Part shown: positions 22,638 to 32,880 of the stretch, one piece after another
How the letters are laid out: the number at the start of each line of letters is the position of its first letter
Position numbering within the stretch: position 1 is the stretch's first letter
Origin: an uncultured delta proteobacterium
GTDB lineage: Bacteria > Desulfobacterota > Binatia > UBA9968
Length of the DNA stretch: 64,000 bases
Assembly: GCA_963847445.1 (NCBI GenBank)
Contig: CAWJZV010000030.1
Span: forward strand, 566,257-630,256
Reading direction: 5' to 3'
Program-made: the position numbers and the translations under genes
The notes under the pieces: generated by a model
Database searches by the model: none
The model's input: only the letters and a program-made list of their open reading frames with translations
What the model was told of the DNA's origin: nothing

Positions 22638-23765
22638 ATGACCGTTGGATTTCAAGATTCGCTCAAACGTTCCCCTCGGCGGACTCAGGGCCTGAGTTTA
22701 TCGAAGGCAACAGTTCAAAGGTTCAAGGTTCTCGGACTCCTGCTCTTTTCAGCCCTTGAACTTTTGAACCCCTTGAATCTTGAACGAGTATTCGCGCAGG
22801 CGAATCCCTATCAGGGTAAAACGCTGCGGGTGATCGTCGGTTCATCGAGCGGCGGCGGTTACGATCAGTGGGCACGCCTGATGGCGCAGCATATCGGTAA
22901 ACATCTACCCGGCCATCCGACGGTTATAGTTCAGAATATGGTCGGCGCCGGCGGGGTGGTTGCCGCGAATTATTTATACGGCATTGCCAAGCCCGACGGC
23001 TTGACCATCGGCGGTTTCAACCCGGCGCTCTATTTCGATCAATTGGTGGTGCGGCCGGAAGTTAAATTCGATTGGGCGAAATTCACCTGGATCGGCTCGC
23101 CGGAAAAAAATGACCTCATCCACTTCATCCGTACCGACGCACCGTTCAAAACCATCGACGACTTGCGCAATGCCAAGGAACCGCCGAAATGCGGCAATAC
23201 CGGCACCGGCAATAGCGGTCTCTACGTGCCGCGCGTGCTCGAAGAAACCCTCGGCATCAAGACCACCGTCATCAGCGGCTATCCCGGTGGCGCGGAAATC
23301 GACCTCGCCGTCGAACGCAACGAAGTGGTTTGCTGGTCGCCCTTGAGCGGCACTTACTTTGGCCGCGAGCCCTATAAGCGCTGGCACAACTCCGGCTTCG
23401 TCCGCGCCGTCGTCCAGACCGGCGCCAAACGCGACGAACGACTGAAGGAAACACCGACGCTGAATGAATTGATGCAGCAATACAAAACACCCGATAGCGG
23501 CAAACGGCTCGCCAAAGTGATCCTCACCGCAGCCACTCTCGGCCGCCCCATCGCCGCTCCGCCGCGCCTGTCCGCCGAGCAGACAAAAATTCTCCGCGAC
23601 GCTTATACCAAGACGATGAAGGACCCGGATCTGCTCGCCGATGCCGCCAAACGCGGCTGGGACGTCGACCCATCGACCGGTGCCGAGCTCGAATCGCTGG
23701 CGCGGGAAGTCATCGTCCAACCCAAAGAAGTTATCGAGCGCATCAAGTGGGTATTGGGGAATTGA
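22638..23765 (+). CDS. tctC: TctC/Bug SBP #12 (palindrome leader with nested in-frame insertion)
   Basis: Intact ORF; GSSSGGGYD. Confidence 0.92.
   Translation: MTVGFQDSLKRSPRRTQGLSLSKATVQRFKVLGLLLFSALELLNPLNLERVFAQANPYQGKTLRVIVGSSSGGGYDQWARLMAQHIGKHLPGHPTVIVQNMVGAGGVVAANYLYGIAKPDGLTIGGFNPALYFDQLVVRPEVKFDWAKFTWIGSPEKNDLIHFIRTDAPFKTIDDLRNAKEPPKCGNTGTGNSGLYVPRVLEETLGIKTTVISGYPGGAEIDLAVERNEVVCWSPLSGTYFGREPYKRWHNSGFVRAVVQTGAKRDERLKETPTLNELMQQYKTPDSGKRLAKVILTAATLGRPIAAPPRLSAEQTKILRDAYTKTMKDPDLLADAAKRGWDVDPSTGAELESLAREVIVQPKEVIERIKWVLGN
22661..22786. repeat. Leader palindrome copy 6 with 36-bp nested hairpin (22672-22707)
   Basis: Insert cccctcggcggactcagggcctgagtttatcgaagg splits the left arm. 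Confidence 0.85.
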
Positions 23766-23776
23766 AGAATGGAGTA

Positions 23777-24800
23777 ATGGAATATTACGGTAGTGGAGTG
23801 ATGGAACCTGACAAGCGGCCCCGCAGACAAAAATGGGCGGGGCGTCTTACGCTTTGCGCTTTGCTCTTTGCACTTAGCCTCCCCGCCCAGGCGCAGCAGC
23901 CGGCAAAGGTGTTTAAGATTGGCTATCTCGATATCGGTAGCTCAATGTCCAGATATCAGTCTTTGCGGCGTATCCTCCCTGATCTCGGCTACGTTGAGGG
24001 CAGGAACATCTCCTTCGAGTATCGATCGGCTGACAACAAGCTGGACCGACTTCCCGCCTTAGCTGAAGAGCTGATCCGTCTCGATGTTGACGTACTCGTC
24101 ACACGCGGCACACCTGAAGCCCTAGCTCTCAAGAACGCTACCAGGACAATTCCTATTGTTTTTTACGACGTGACTGATCCTATTGCGGCGGGACTCATTG
24201 ACAGCCTGGCCCGGCCTGGTGGAAATATCACAGGGTTTACCGGGTTGGAGGCGGTGTTGGCAGGCAAACGATTGGAGTTACTGAAGGAAACCGTTGCCAA
24301 ACTCTCCCGCGTCGCGGTGTTATGGAATCCGCAGGATCTAAGCTCGGCGCAACAATGGAAAGCAATGCAACTGTCGGCACGCGACCTGGGGTTACAACTG
24401 CATTCGATGGAAGTCAGCAATCCCGACAAATATGAGAGTGCGTTCAGAGAAGCAACTAAAGCGCGGAGTGGCGCTCTCGCTGTGATAGCCGGAGGGTTGG
24501 AAGACGCGAACAGAAAAAAGATCGCAGAGTTGGCAATAAAGATTCGGCTGCCAACAATATATCCTCGTCCACATTTTGTCGAAAGCGGCGGACTGATGTC
24601 CTACGGACGCGATCCTGAAGATTCTAACAAACGGGTACCAATTATGGTCGACAAGATTCTGAAAGGAACCAAGCCTGCTGACATTCCAGTCGAACAGCCG
24701 ACTAAAGTTCGAGCTGGTGATCAATTTCAAAACCGCCAAGACTCTCGGCCTGACGATTCCACCGATCGTGCTGATGCGGGCGACCAAGGTGATCAAATGA
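23777..24800 (+). CDS. ABC transporter substrate-binding protein (ABC_sub_bind), terminal frameshift
   Basis: AQQPAKVFKIGYL, SLARPGGNITG, KILKGTKPADIPVEQPTK; start uncertain. Confidence 0.88.
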
Positions 24801-24891
24801 AGAAGGCAGTAGGCATGAGGCAATAGGCAACGGTAAAAAAGAAAGATAACCGCGATAGTTTGGATCAGCCCCCTTTTATAGGAGCTAAACC

Positions 24892-25464
24892 TCACCGCCA
24901 AAGATCAGGGAGCGAAATGGATAGACCAGGGAAAAGCAACGGGGTAAACGTTTCGGCGTTTTGAGTTTTAATGACGAGCTGGTATTGGTCGCCGGATAGT
25001 TCGTAGGCTTCGAGAGTCTGTTGATCGGGGTCGATGAGCCAGTAGTGAGGCACGTCGTACTTGGCGTAAAGCTGAGCTTTAGTCTGGCGGTCTGCGCGGT
25101 GCGTTGTGGGTGATAGGATCTCGATGACGAGACTCGGTGCCCCTTCGATGGCCCGCTCTGTGACAATGCCGCGGCGGTCGTCGCCAATGAAGATGAGATC
25201 GGGCTGCACGACGGTCGTGGGAGCGAGTATCACGTCGGTAGGCGCCGCGTAAATATCGCCAAGTTGGTTGGCCACAATATGGTTGGCGAGAATCCGATAA
25301 AGGTGGCCAGAAATGCTTTGATGTTTTGTGCGCGGCGCAGGCGTCACGGCAAGTTCTCCATCGAGGATCTCGTAACGGTTACGGTCGTTAGGCAATTCGC
25401 AGTAATCGTCGTAGGTCAGAACGATCTTGCCTGGCGGAATGCTTTGAGTGGAAGTAGACGACAT
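24892..25464 (-). CDS. Uma2 family (DUF820) putative endonuclease
   Basis: LTYDDY..RYEILDG..P...HQ, VQPDL, LVIEILSP, K..LY, YWLIDP. Confidence 0.92.
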   Translation of the reverse strand: MSSTSTQSIPPGKIVLTYDDYCELPNDRNRYEILDGELAVTPAPRTKHQSISGHLYRILANHIVANQLGDIYAAPTDVILAPTTVVQPDLIFIGDDRRGIVTERAIEGAPSLVIEILSPTTHRADRQTKAQLYAKYDVPHYWLIDPDQQTLEAYELSGDQYQLVIKTQNAETFTPLLFPGLSISLPDLWR

Positions 25465-25578
25465 ATTAGCTTCTTACAACGACTGTGAACTTTATACATG
25501 CAGGTTCTAGCAACTCGAACGGGTTGTCAAGTGAGCCAATGACCCGGCCCTGAGTTCCATGACTCTTGGGAGAACAAC

Positions 25579-26210
25579 GTGATCAAAAAGCTATCCGGAG
25601 ATCGTGAATTCCTGTCCGACAATCGAAAATCCGTCGTGCTTATCGCTATCGGTGCCGCATTCGCGTTGTGCGGCGCTCTCGCCGACGCGCAACAACGAAC
25701 GAAAATCCCCTGGATCGGCTATATGGCTGACGCCGGCTCGTCGCCCAACCAAGCTTTTCTACAAGGGTTGCGCGATCTCGGCCATTTCGAGGGCAAGAAC
25801 ATCGCATTTGTCTTTCGCACGACGGAGGGAAAACTGAACGGCGCGCCGAACTTCTCGCCGAGTTTGTACGCTTAAAGGTTGACATCATTTTCGCCGATGG
25901 ATCGGGCGCGGCGATTGCCGCCAAGAAGGCCACGAGCACGCTTCCGATTGTAATGACCGGTGCTACCGATGCAGTTGGCATGGGCCTCGTCGCCAGCCTA
26001 GCGCGGCCTGGCGGTAACATAACGGGATTGACCAACATCACCGGAGAGTTGGGTGGAAAACTTTTGGATCTAAGATTCTCAAGGGCGCGAAACCAGCTGA
26101 CTTCCGGTTGAAGCACCGATGAAATTCAATCTAGAGATTAACTTACAAACGGCGAAACAGATTGACCTGACGGTCCCTCAGACAGTGCTGTAGGGCGGAT
26201 AAGAGTGACC
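25579..26210 (+). pseudogene. ABC_sub_bind SBP remnant with large internal deletion
   Basis: N-terminus AQQRTKIPWIGY..., SLARPGGNITGLT, then jumps to [14 protein letters not shown]. Confidence 0.75.
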
Positions 26211-26318
26211 AAGAAGGCAGCAGACAAAAGGCAAGAGTAAGAAATCCCCATTGCACTCAGGCTAGACTTCGCGGTACTCATAGGCGGCGTTATCCGCTTG
26301 TTAACCATGAGGTGATTC

Positions 26319-27415
26319 ATGACGCACGGGGAAAAACATCCGTTCCAAAGTTCAAAGGTTCAAGCGTTCAAGGTTCTCGGATTTCTGGTGTTTTCTGTCG
26401 TTGAACTTTTGAACCCTTGGAACCTTGAACCGGCGGCGGCGCAGACGCCGCCGTTTCTATCAAGGCAAAACCATCACGTTCATCGTCGGCACCAAGGCTG
26501 GCGATGTTTACGATCTCTACCCGCGGCTGTTGGCGGAGTACATGCCGAAGTATATTCCGGGAAATCCTAACTTCATCATTCAAAACGTCGCCGGCGCGGC
26601 GTCGCTGATCGCGGCGAACCAGGTGTACGGCATCGCCAAGCCCGACGGGTTGACGCTCGGCGCGATTTATCCGGCGCTTTATTTCGATCAATTGGTGAAA
26701 CGGCCGGAAGTGAAATACGACTGGAGCAAGTTTGCCTGGATCGGCAGTCCGGTGGGCTCCAACCACATGATGTACATGCGCAGCGACACGCCCTTCAAGA
26801 CTATTGACGATGTGCGCGGCGCCGCGACGCCGCCCAAATGCGGCACCTCGCGGCACCACGTCGACCGGCTATTATATTCCCAAACTCTTGGAAGAAGCGG
26901 TCGGCGCCAAATTCGATATCGTCACCGGTTACCAGGCCGGCCAGGACGTAGACCTCGCCGTCGAGCGCGGCGAGGTGGTCTGCCGCTCATTCACCATCAC
27001 GGCGTTTCACGCCCGCGAGCCCTACTTCAGTTGGCGCAAGCGCAAATTCGTCCACGTGCTCTATCAAACCGGCAACAAGCGCGACGGGCGGTTGAAAGAT
27101 GTGCCGACCATGTACGAATTGATGGATCGATACAAAACCACCGAGCCGGTGCGCAAGCTCGCCAAGGTTATTTTAATCGCCAGCGACCTGGGCCGGCCCA
27201 TCGTCGCCCCGCCGGGCGTGCCGGCCGAGCGCTTGAAAATCATCCGCGATGCCTTTAACAAGTCGGTGAGCGACCCGGCATTCTTAGCCGAGGCGGAAAA
27301 GCGCAGGTTGGAAATCGATCCATCGACTTGGGATGAGCTCGAACCCTTGGCCAAGGAAGCCATGGCGACGCCGGCCGATGTGGTTGAACGCATGAAAAAA
27401 GTCTTGGGCATGTAA
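26319..27415 (+). CDS. tctC: TctC/Bug SBP #13 (palindrome leader; frameshifts)
   Basis: MTHGEKHPFQSSKVQAFKVLG..., GTKAGDVYDLYPR. Confidence 0.88.
26340..26432. repeat. Leader palindrome copy 7
   Basis: ccgttccaaagttcaaaggttcaagcgttcaagg ... ttgaacttttgaacccttggaaccttgaaccgg. Confidence 0.88.
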
Positions 27416-27441
27416 AGCCATTGAGGTTAAGGAGGTTGTTC

Positions 27442-28540
27442 ATGAAGTCTGCCGTCAAGCGGCCGTTCAAAGGTTCAAAGGTTCAAACGTTCAACGGTTC
27501 TCGGTTTTCTGGTCTTTTCCATCGTTGAACTATTGAACCCTTTGAACCTTGAACCGGCGGCGGCGCAGACGCCGCCTTTTTATCAAGGCAAGACTATTCG
27601 TATCATCGTCGGCAATCTGCCCGGCGATACCCATGACATATTTGCCCGCGCTTACTCGCGTCACATGGGCAAACATATTCCCGGCTTCCCGAATATCCTG
27701 GTGCAGAACATGCCCGGCGCCGGCGGCATGATCGCGGCCAATCATGTCTACAACGTTGCCAAGCCGGATGGACTGACGCTCGGTTCGCCGTCGCCGGCGT
27801 TGTATTACGCCCAGCTGATCGGCAGCAGCCAAGCCAAATTCGATTGGCCCAAATTCAATTTCATCGGCGCGCCGGAGCGCAACGGCCATTTGTTGTTCAT
27901 GCGCGCGGACTCGCCCTATAAGACGCTCGACGATATCCGCAAAGCCAAGGAGCCGCCCAAATGCGCCGCCACCGGAGTCGGCACCAGCGGCCACGACGTG
28001 CCCAAGCTGTTTGACGAGATGATCGGCTTGAAGTTCAACCTGATCACCGGTTATCCCGGCGGCGCGGAGATGGATCTAGCCATCGAACGGGGCGAAGCGA
28101 TTTGCCGTGCCATCACCATCGCGGCGTTCTTCGCCCGCGAGCCCTTTCAGAGCTGGTATAAGACCGGTGTCGTGCGCGTCATGTTGCAAACCTCGCGTCA
28201 GCGCAACCCAAGAATTCCCGACGTGCCGACGTTGTTCGAGCTGATGGAGCAATACAAAACTCCGGAGATCAAGCGCCGCCAGGTGCTGACCTATCTCGGC
28301 GTTGGCGGTTTCGGCGCCTGGCCCATCCTCGCGACGCCAGGAATCCCGGCGGAGCGCGTGGCGATCCTCCGCGACGGCTTCGGCAAGACCATGAAAGATG
28401 CCGACTTCCTCGGCGAGGCGAAAAAAGCCGGTTGGGAAATCCGTCCGACGAACGGCGAAACCTTGCAGGCACTCGCCAAAGAAGTCATCGAACAACCGCC
28501 GGAAGTGGTCGATTGGCTGAAAAAACTACTCAACAAATAA
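27442..28540 (+). CDS. tctC: TctC/Bug SBP #14 (palindrome leader)
   Basis: AAGGAGG RBS, MKSAVKRPFKGSKVQTF, GNLPGDTHD. Confidence 0.9.
27462..27557. repeat. Leader palindrome copy 8
   Basis: 4+4 unit structure. Confidence 0.9.
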
Positions 28541-28560
28541 CCTGACAATGAGAAGTCTCC

Positions 28561-29683
28561 ATGGCACTTCGACTAACGATCGTTCAAGGGCCTTCCGGTT
28601 CAGCCGAGTTTACGAAGGCAAAAGTTCAAGGGTTCAATCGGATTCTTTTCGGATTTCTTGTTCTGACCCTTGAACTTTTGAACCCCTTGAACCTTGAACG
28701 GGCGTCTGGCCCAGACGCCCTATTATTTGGGTAAAACCATCCGCGTCATCGTCGGTTATCAGCCAGGAGACACCCATGATCTATGGGCGCGCATGTACAC
28801 GCGCTATATGGGCAAGTACTTGCCCGGCAATCCGACCTTTGTGGTGCAAAACATGCCCGGTGCCGGCGGCATGATCGCCGCCAATCATGTTTTCAATCTG
28901 ACCAAGCCCGACGGCCTGACGCTTGCCACCGTCGGCGGCGCGCTTTACTTCAATCAGTTGATCGGCCGTGCGGAAGTTAGATTTGACTGGAACAGGTTCA
29001 CTTGGATCGGCACGCCGGAGCCCGCCGGCCTGCTGGTCTACATGCGCACCGACGCGCCGTATAAGACCTTGGACGACCTGCGCCAGACCAACGATCCGCC
29101 GAAATGTTCCGCCACCGGCTTGGGCAGCGCCGGTTACGACTTGCCGCGGCTGCTCGAAGATGTCTTAGGGCTTAAATTCAAAGTCATCAGCGGCTACCCC
29201 GGCGGCGCCGACCAGGATCTCGCCATGGAACGGGGCGAAGTCCACTGCCGGGCTTTTACCATCGAAGCCTTTTTCGGCCGCGAACCTTATTTCACCTGGG
29301 TCAAGAAAAACTTCGTGCGCGTGCTGTTGCAAACCGAACGAAAGCGCCATCCGAAGTTGCCCGACACACCGACCATCTACGAACTGATGGATCAGTACAA
29401 GATTGACGCGGCCAAGCGGCGCATGGCCAGCGTCTATCTCAGCAGCGGCCGGTTCGGCTCCCGGCCGATCGTGTCGTCGCCGGGGTTATCGGCGGAACGC
29501 GCCAAAATGCTGCGCGACGCCTACGCGAAGACCCTCAAAGATCCCGACTTTCTCGACGAGATCGGCAAACGGAGCTGGAGCGTCGAACCGGTATACGGCG
29601 AAGAATTGCAGGCGCTCGCCAAAGAAGTCACCAGCCAGCCGCCGGAAGTGATCGAGTGGTTAAAAAAATTGTTGTCGAAATAA
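28561..29683 (+). CDS. tctC: TctC/Bug SBP #15 (palindrome leader; frameshifts in leader)
   Basis: GYQPGDTHD; ORF 28694-29683. Confidence 0.88.
28581..28703. repeat. Leader palindrome copy 9 with nested insert (~28591-28618)
   Basis: ccttccggttcagccgagtttacgaagg precedes caaaagttcaa, the same junction as copy 6. Confidence 0.75.
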
Positions 29684-29706
29684 TTCGATTCGAAGCGAGG
29701 TCGGCC

Positions 29707-30805
29707 ATGGCAAATAAATCGAAACAGCGGTTCAAACGTTCAACGGTTCAATCGTTCAACGTTCTCGGACTCCTGATTTTTTCCGTCGTTGAACTTTTGA
29801 ACCCCTTGAACCTTGAACCGGCGTCGGCGCAGACGCCGCCTTTTTATCAAGGCAAAACCATTCGCATCATCGTCGGCTACCAGCCGGGCGACAATCACGA
29901 CCAGTACGCGCGCACCTACGCGCGCTTCATGGGCAAGTATATTCCCGGCAATCCCACCTTCGTGATTCAGAACATGCCGGGCGCGGGTTCGATGATCGCG
30001 GCCAATCATGTCTACAACATGACCAAGCCCGATGGGCTGACGCTGGGCTCCTTCGGCGGCGCGCTGATTATGGCGCAGCTGACCGGACGCAAAGAAGCGC
30101 AGTTCGACTGGCCGAAGTATGGTTGGATCGGTACCCCCTACCGCGCCGGCCACCTGCTCTTTATGCGTACCGACGCGCCCACCAAGACGGTCGACCAATT
30201 GCGCCAGGGGAACGACCCGCCGCGCTGTTCGGCCACCGGCGTCGGCAGCACCGGCTATGACATTCCCCGGCTGCTCGAGGATGCCCTCGGCATGAAATTC
30301 AAGATCATCAGCGGTTATCCTGGCGGCGCCGACCAGGACCTGGCAATGGAACGCAACGAAGTGAACTGCCGCGCCATCACCATCGACGGCTTCTTCGCCC
30401 GCGAGCCGTTCATCTCGTGGGTCAAGAAAGGCTTCGTGCACGTGCTGCTGCACACGGAAAAACAGCGCCACGCCAAGATCCCCAACGTGCCAACCGTCTT
30501 CGAGCTGATGGATCAGTACAAGGTCGCCGAGGCCAAACGCCGCCTGGTCAACACCTATTTGGGACTCTGGGGCTTCGGCTCCATGCCCATCGTCACCACG
30601 CCCGGAGTTGCCCGCCGAGCGGGTCAAGCTGCTGCGCGAAGCGTATTTGAAAACCTTTACCGATCCGGAATTTCAGGAAGACATGGTGAAAAGAGGCTGG
30701 GAACCGCGCCCGGTGAACGGCGACGAACTCGCCGCTCTCGCCAAAGACGTCATCAATCAGCCGCCGGAAATCAGCGAAGCAATCAAACGGATACTCAGTC
30801 AATGA
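29707..30805 (+). CDS. tctC: TctC/Bug SBP #16 (palindrome leader; frameshift ~30605)
   Basis: MANKSKQRFKRSTVQSFNVLGLLIFSVVELLNPLNLEPASAQ, GYQPGDNHD. Confidence 0.9.
29728..29821. repeat. Leader palindrome copy 10
   Basis: cggttcaaacgttcaacggttcaatcgttcaacg ... cgttgaacttttgaaccccttgaaccttgaaccg. Confidence 0.9.
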
Positions 30806-30828
30806 TCGCCTGAAAAAATCATCGACAG

Positions 30829-31036
30829 GCGACTCCGGGACTGCCGCCGGAGCGGGTGCACTTATTACGCGAAGCGTTCGCCAAGATGTTCAAAGACCCG
30901 GAGTTTGTCGCCGAGCTAAAAAACGCAACTGGGAAATGGAACCCGTCGGCGGTGAAGAGCTACAAAGCCTCGCCGAAGAAGTGGTCAAAGCCGGCCGAGT
31001 GTCGCCACGGCGTTGAAACGAATCCTGAGCCAATAA
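30829..31036 (+). pseudogene. 3' fragment of a further tctC paralog
   Basis: ATPGLPPERVHLLREAFAKMFKDPEF...GEELQSLAEEVV...LKRILSQ*. Confidence 0.7.
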
Positions 31037-31139
31037 TCGTAGTCGCTAAATAAAGTTTTGCGGCTAATTAGGTTGACGGGTATCGCTAGATAAGGTAATG
31101 AGCATGAGCCGTTAATCTTAACGACGCCAGGAGAATTTC

Positions 31140-32639
31140 ATGCTTGACGCTTTTATCAGTGGATTTTGGCAAACCGTCGCGTGGCCGGCCTTCGGCTACA
31201 TGCTGATCGGTATCGGTATCGGTTTTTTTGTCGGCTTGCTACCCGGTATCGGCGGACTGTCGACGCTGGCGTTGATGCTGCCTTTCTCCTACTCGATCAA
31301 AGAACCGATTTCCGCCTTTGCATTTCTCCTCGGCATGCTGGCGGTCACCGGCACCACCGGCGATTTAACTTCGATTCTTTTTGGGATCCCCGGGGAGGGG
31401 TCCTCAGCCGCCTTGATACTTGACGGCTACCCGATGTCGAAAAACGGCGAAGCCGGCCGCGCCCTTGGTGCGGCGATCATGAGCTCCGTGCTTGGCTCCG
31501 TGATTGGCGCTCTGTCGCTGGCCCTGTCGATCCCGATCATGCGCCCGCTGGTCCTGCTCTTCGGCTCGCCGGAATTATTTGTCATCGCGATCATGGGCAT
31601 CACCTTCATCGGCACCTTGGCCGGCCCATCGTTGATTAAAGGACTGCTGGCCGGCGGTATCGGCCTCATGCTCGCCTCCATCGGCGTCGATCCGCAAACC
31701 GGCTCGCTGCGCTACACCTTCGGCACGCTCTATTTGTGGGACCGGCTCGATCTCATCCCGGTGGTCGTCGGCCTGTTCGCCATCCCCGAGATCGTCGATC
31801 TCGCTGTCCGCGGCACCAGCATCGCCAGCGGCAAAACGGAAAAGCTGCACGGCGTCATGGAAGGCGTTAAAGATACCTTTCGCCACTTCTGGTTGGTCGT
31901 CCGTTGCAGTTTGATTGGCGTCTACTTCGGCGTCCTGCCGGTGCTTGGCGCCAACGTCGCCCAGTGGATATCTTACGCTCACGCCGTGCAGGGGTTGAAG
32001 GACAAATCCCGGCCGGCAAAGGCGCCATGGAAGGTCTTCTCGGCCCCGCCGCGGCGAACAATTCGACCCGCGGCGGCGATCTGATCCCAACCATTGCATT
32101 CGGCATCCCTGGAAGCGGCGCCATGGCGCTCCTGCTAGGCGCGATGTTGATCGTCGGCTTAAACCCCGGCCCGGAGATGCTCAAGTCGCGCCTCGACGTG
32201 ACCTTCTCAATGGTCTGGGTGCTGATTTTGGCCAACCTCATCGTCGCCGCCTTGTGCTTCATGATTTTGAACCACTTGGCGGCGCTGACGTTTATCCGCG
32301 GCTCGGTATTGATCCCCTTTCTCATGTTCTTGGTGTTTATCGGATCGTTCACCGCCAATAACGATCTCGCCGACATCGTCGTCACGTTGCTCTTCGGCGT
32401 TCATCGGTTATTGCATGGTCAAGTTCGGCTGGCCGCGCCCGCCGCTGATATTGGGCCTAACGCTTGGCAAAATCGCCGAGAACTACCTGTGGATCTCCAC
32501 CGCCGCCTACGGCGCCAAGTGGCTGCTGTTCCCGACCGTGCTCGGACTGATCGCACTGACGATCTTCACCGTCGCCTACCCGACCATCAAAGAACGGATG
32601 GGCAAAGCGAAATACGAACGGCCGGAAGACGCGGTGTAG
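31140..32639 (+). CDS. tctA: Tripartite tricarboxylate transporter large permease TctA (frameshifts)
   Basis: GLLPGIG, SILFGIPG, LDGYPM, G.DPQTG..RYTFG, IPTIAFGIPGS, PRPPLILG. Confidence 0.92.
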
Positions 32640-32880
32640 ATTTACCCGCCACGAAACACGCGAATTCGTCTATAGTCTTGCGCCAGGCGTCTAGGGTTTA
32701 TCCGAACCCGGACGCCGGCGATAAGTCCCGCCGCCATGCCGGCAAGAGGCGATAATGTTCCAGCGTGCAACTCAACACCCTAAACACTGAACCCGCAAAC
32801 CGCATTCAGCAGTTGACAGCCAGTCACATTTCAGTGGGATAAGCAAAGCATCTGACAGATCCAAGGGAGGACAGCAAATT

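Noticed and set aside
11505-28710. Phase variation by frameshifts just after the leaders
   Set aside because: Similar shifts occur in genes without the palindrome (#4, #8) and not at a consistent slippery tract, so they cannot be separated from sequencing error.
11412-29821. Leader palindromes as integron attC sites
   Set aside because: Arm polarity is GTT...AAC rather than RYYYAAC...GTTRRRY, the elements are inside the coding leader, and no integrase is in the window.
14883-30627. Long antisense ORFs opposite tctC genes (e.g. 14883-15791, 16088-16912, 29740-30627)
   Set aside because: Expected shadow ORFs of high-GC3 genes; no recognisable motifs.
10331-30805. CRISPR array or diversity-generating retroelement
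   Set aside because: Repeats are separated by ~1-kb genes, there are no cas or reverse transcriptase genes, and no adenine-specific TR/VR pair was seen.
32813-32845. TTGACA promoter upstream of the deacylase (also TTGACG at ~31073 and TTGACA at ~43935)
   Set aside because: No convincing -10 hexamer at 16-18 bp spacing.
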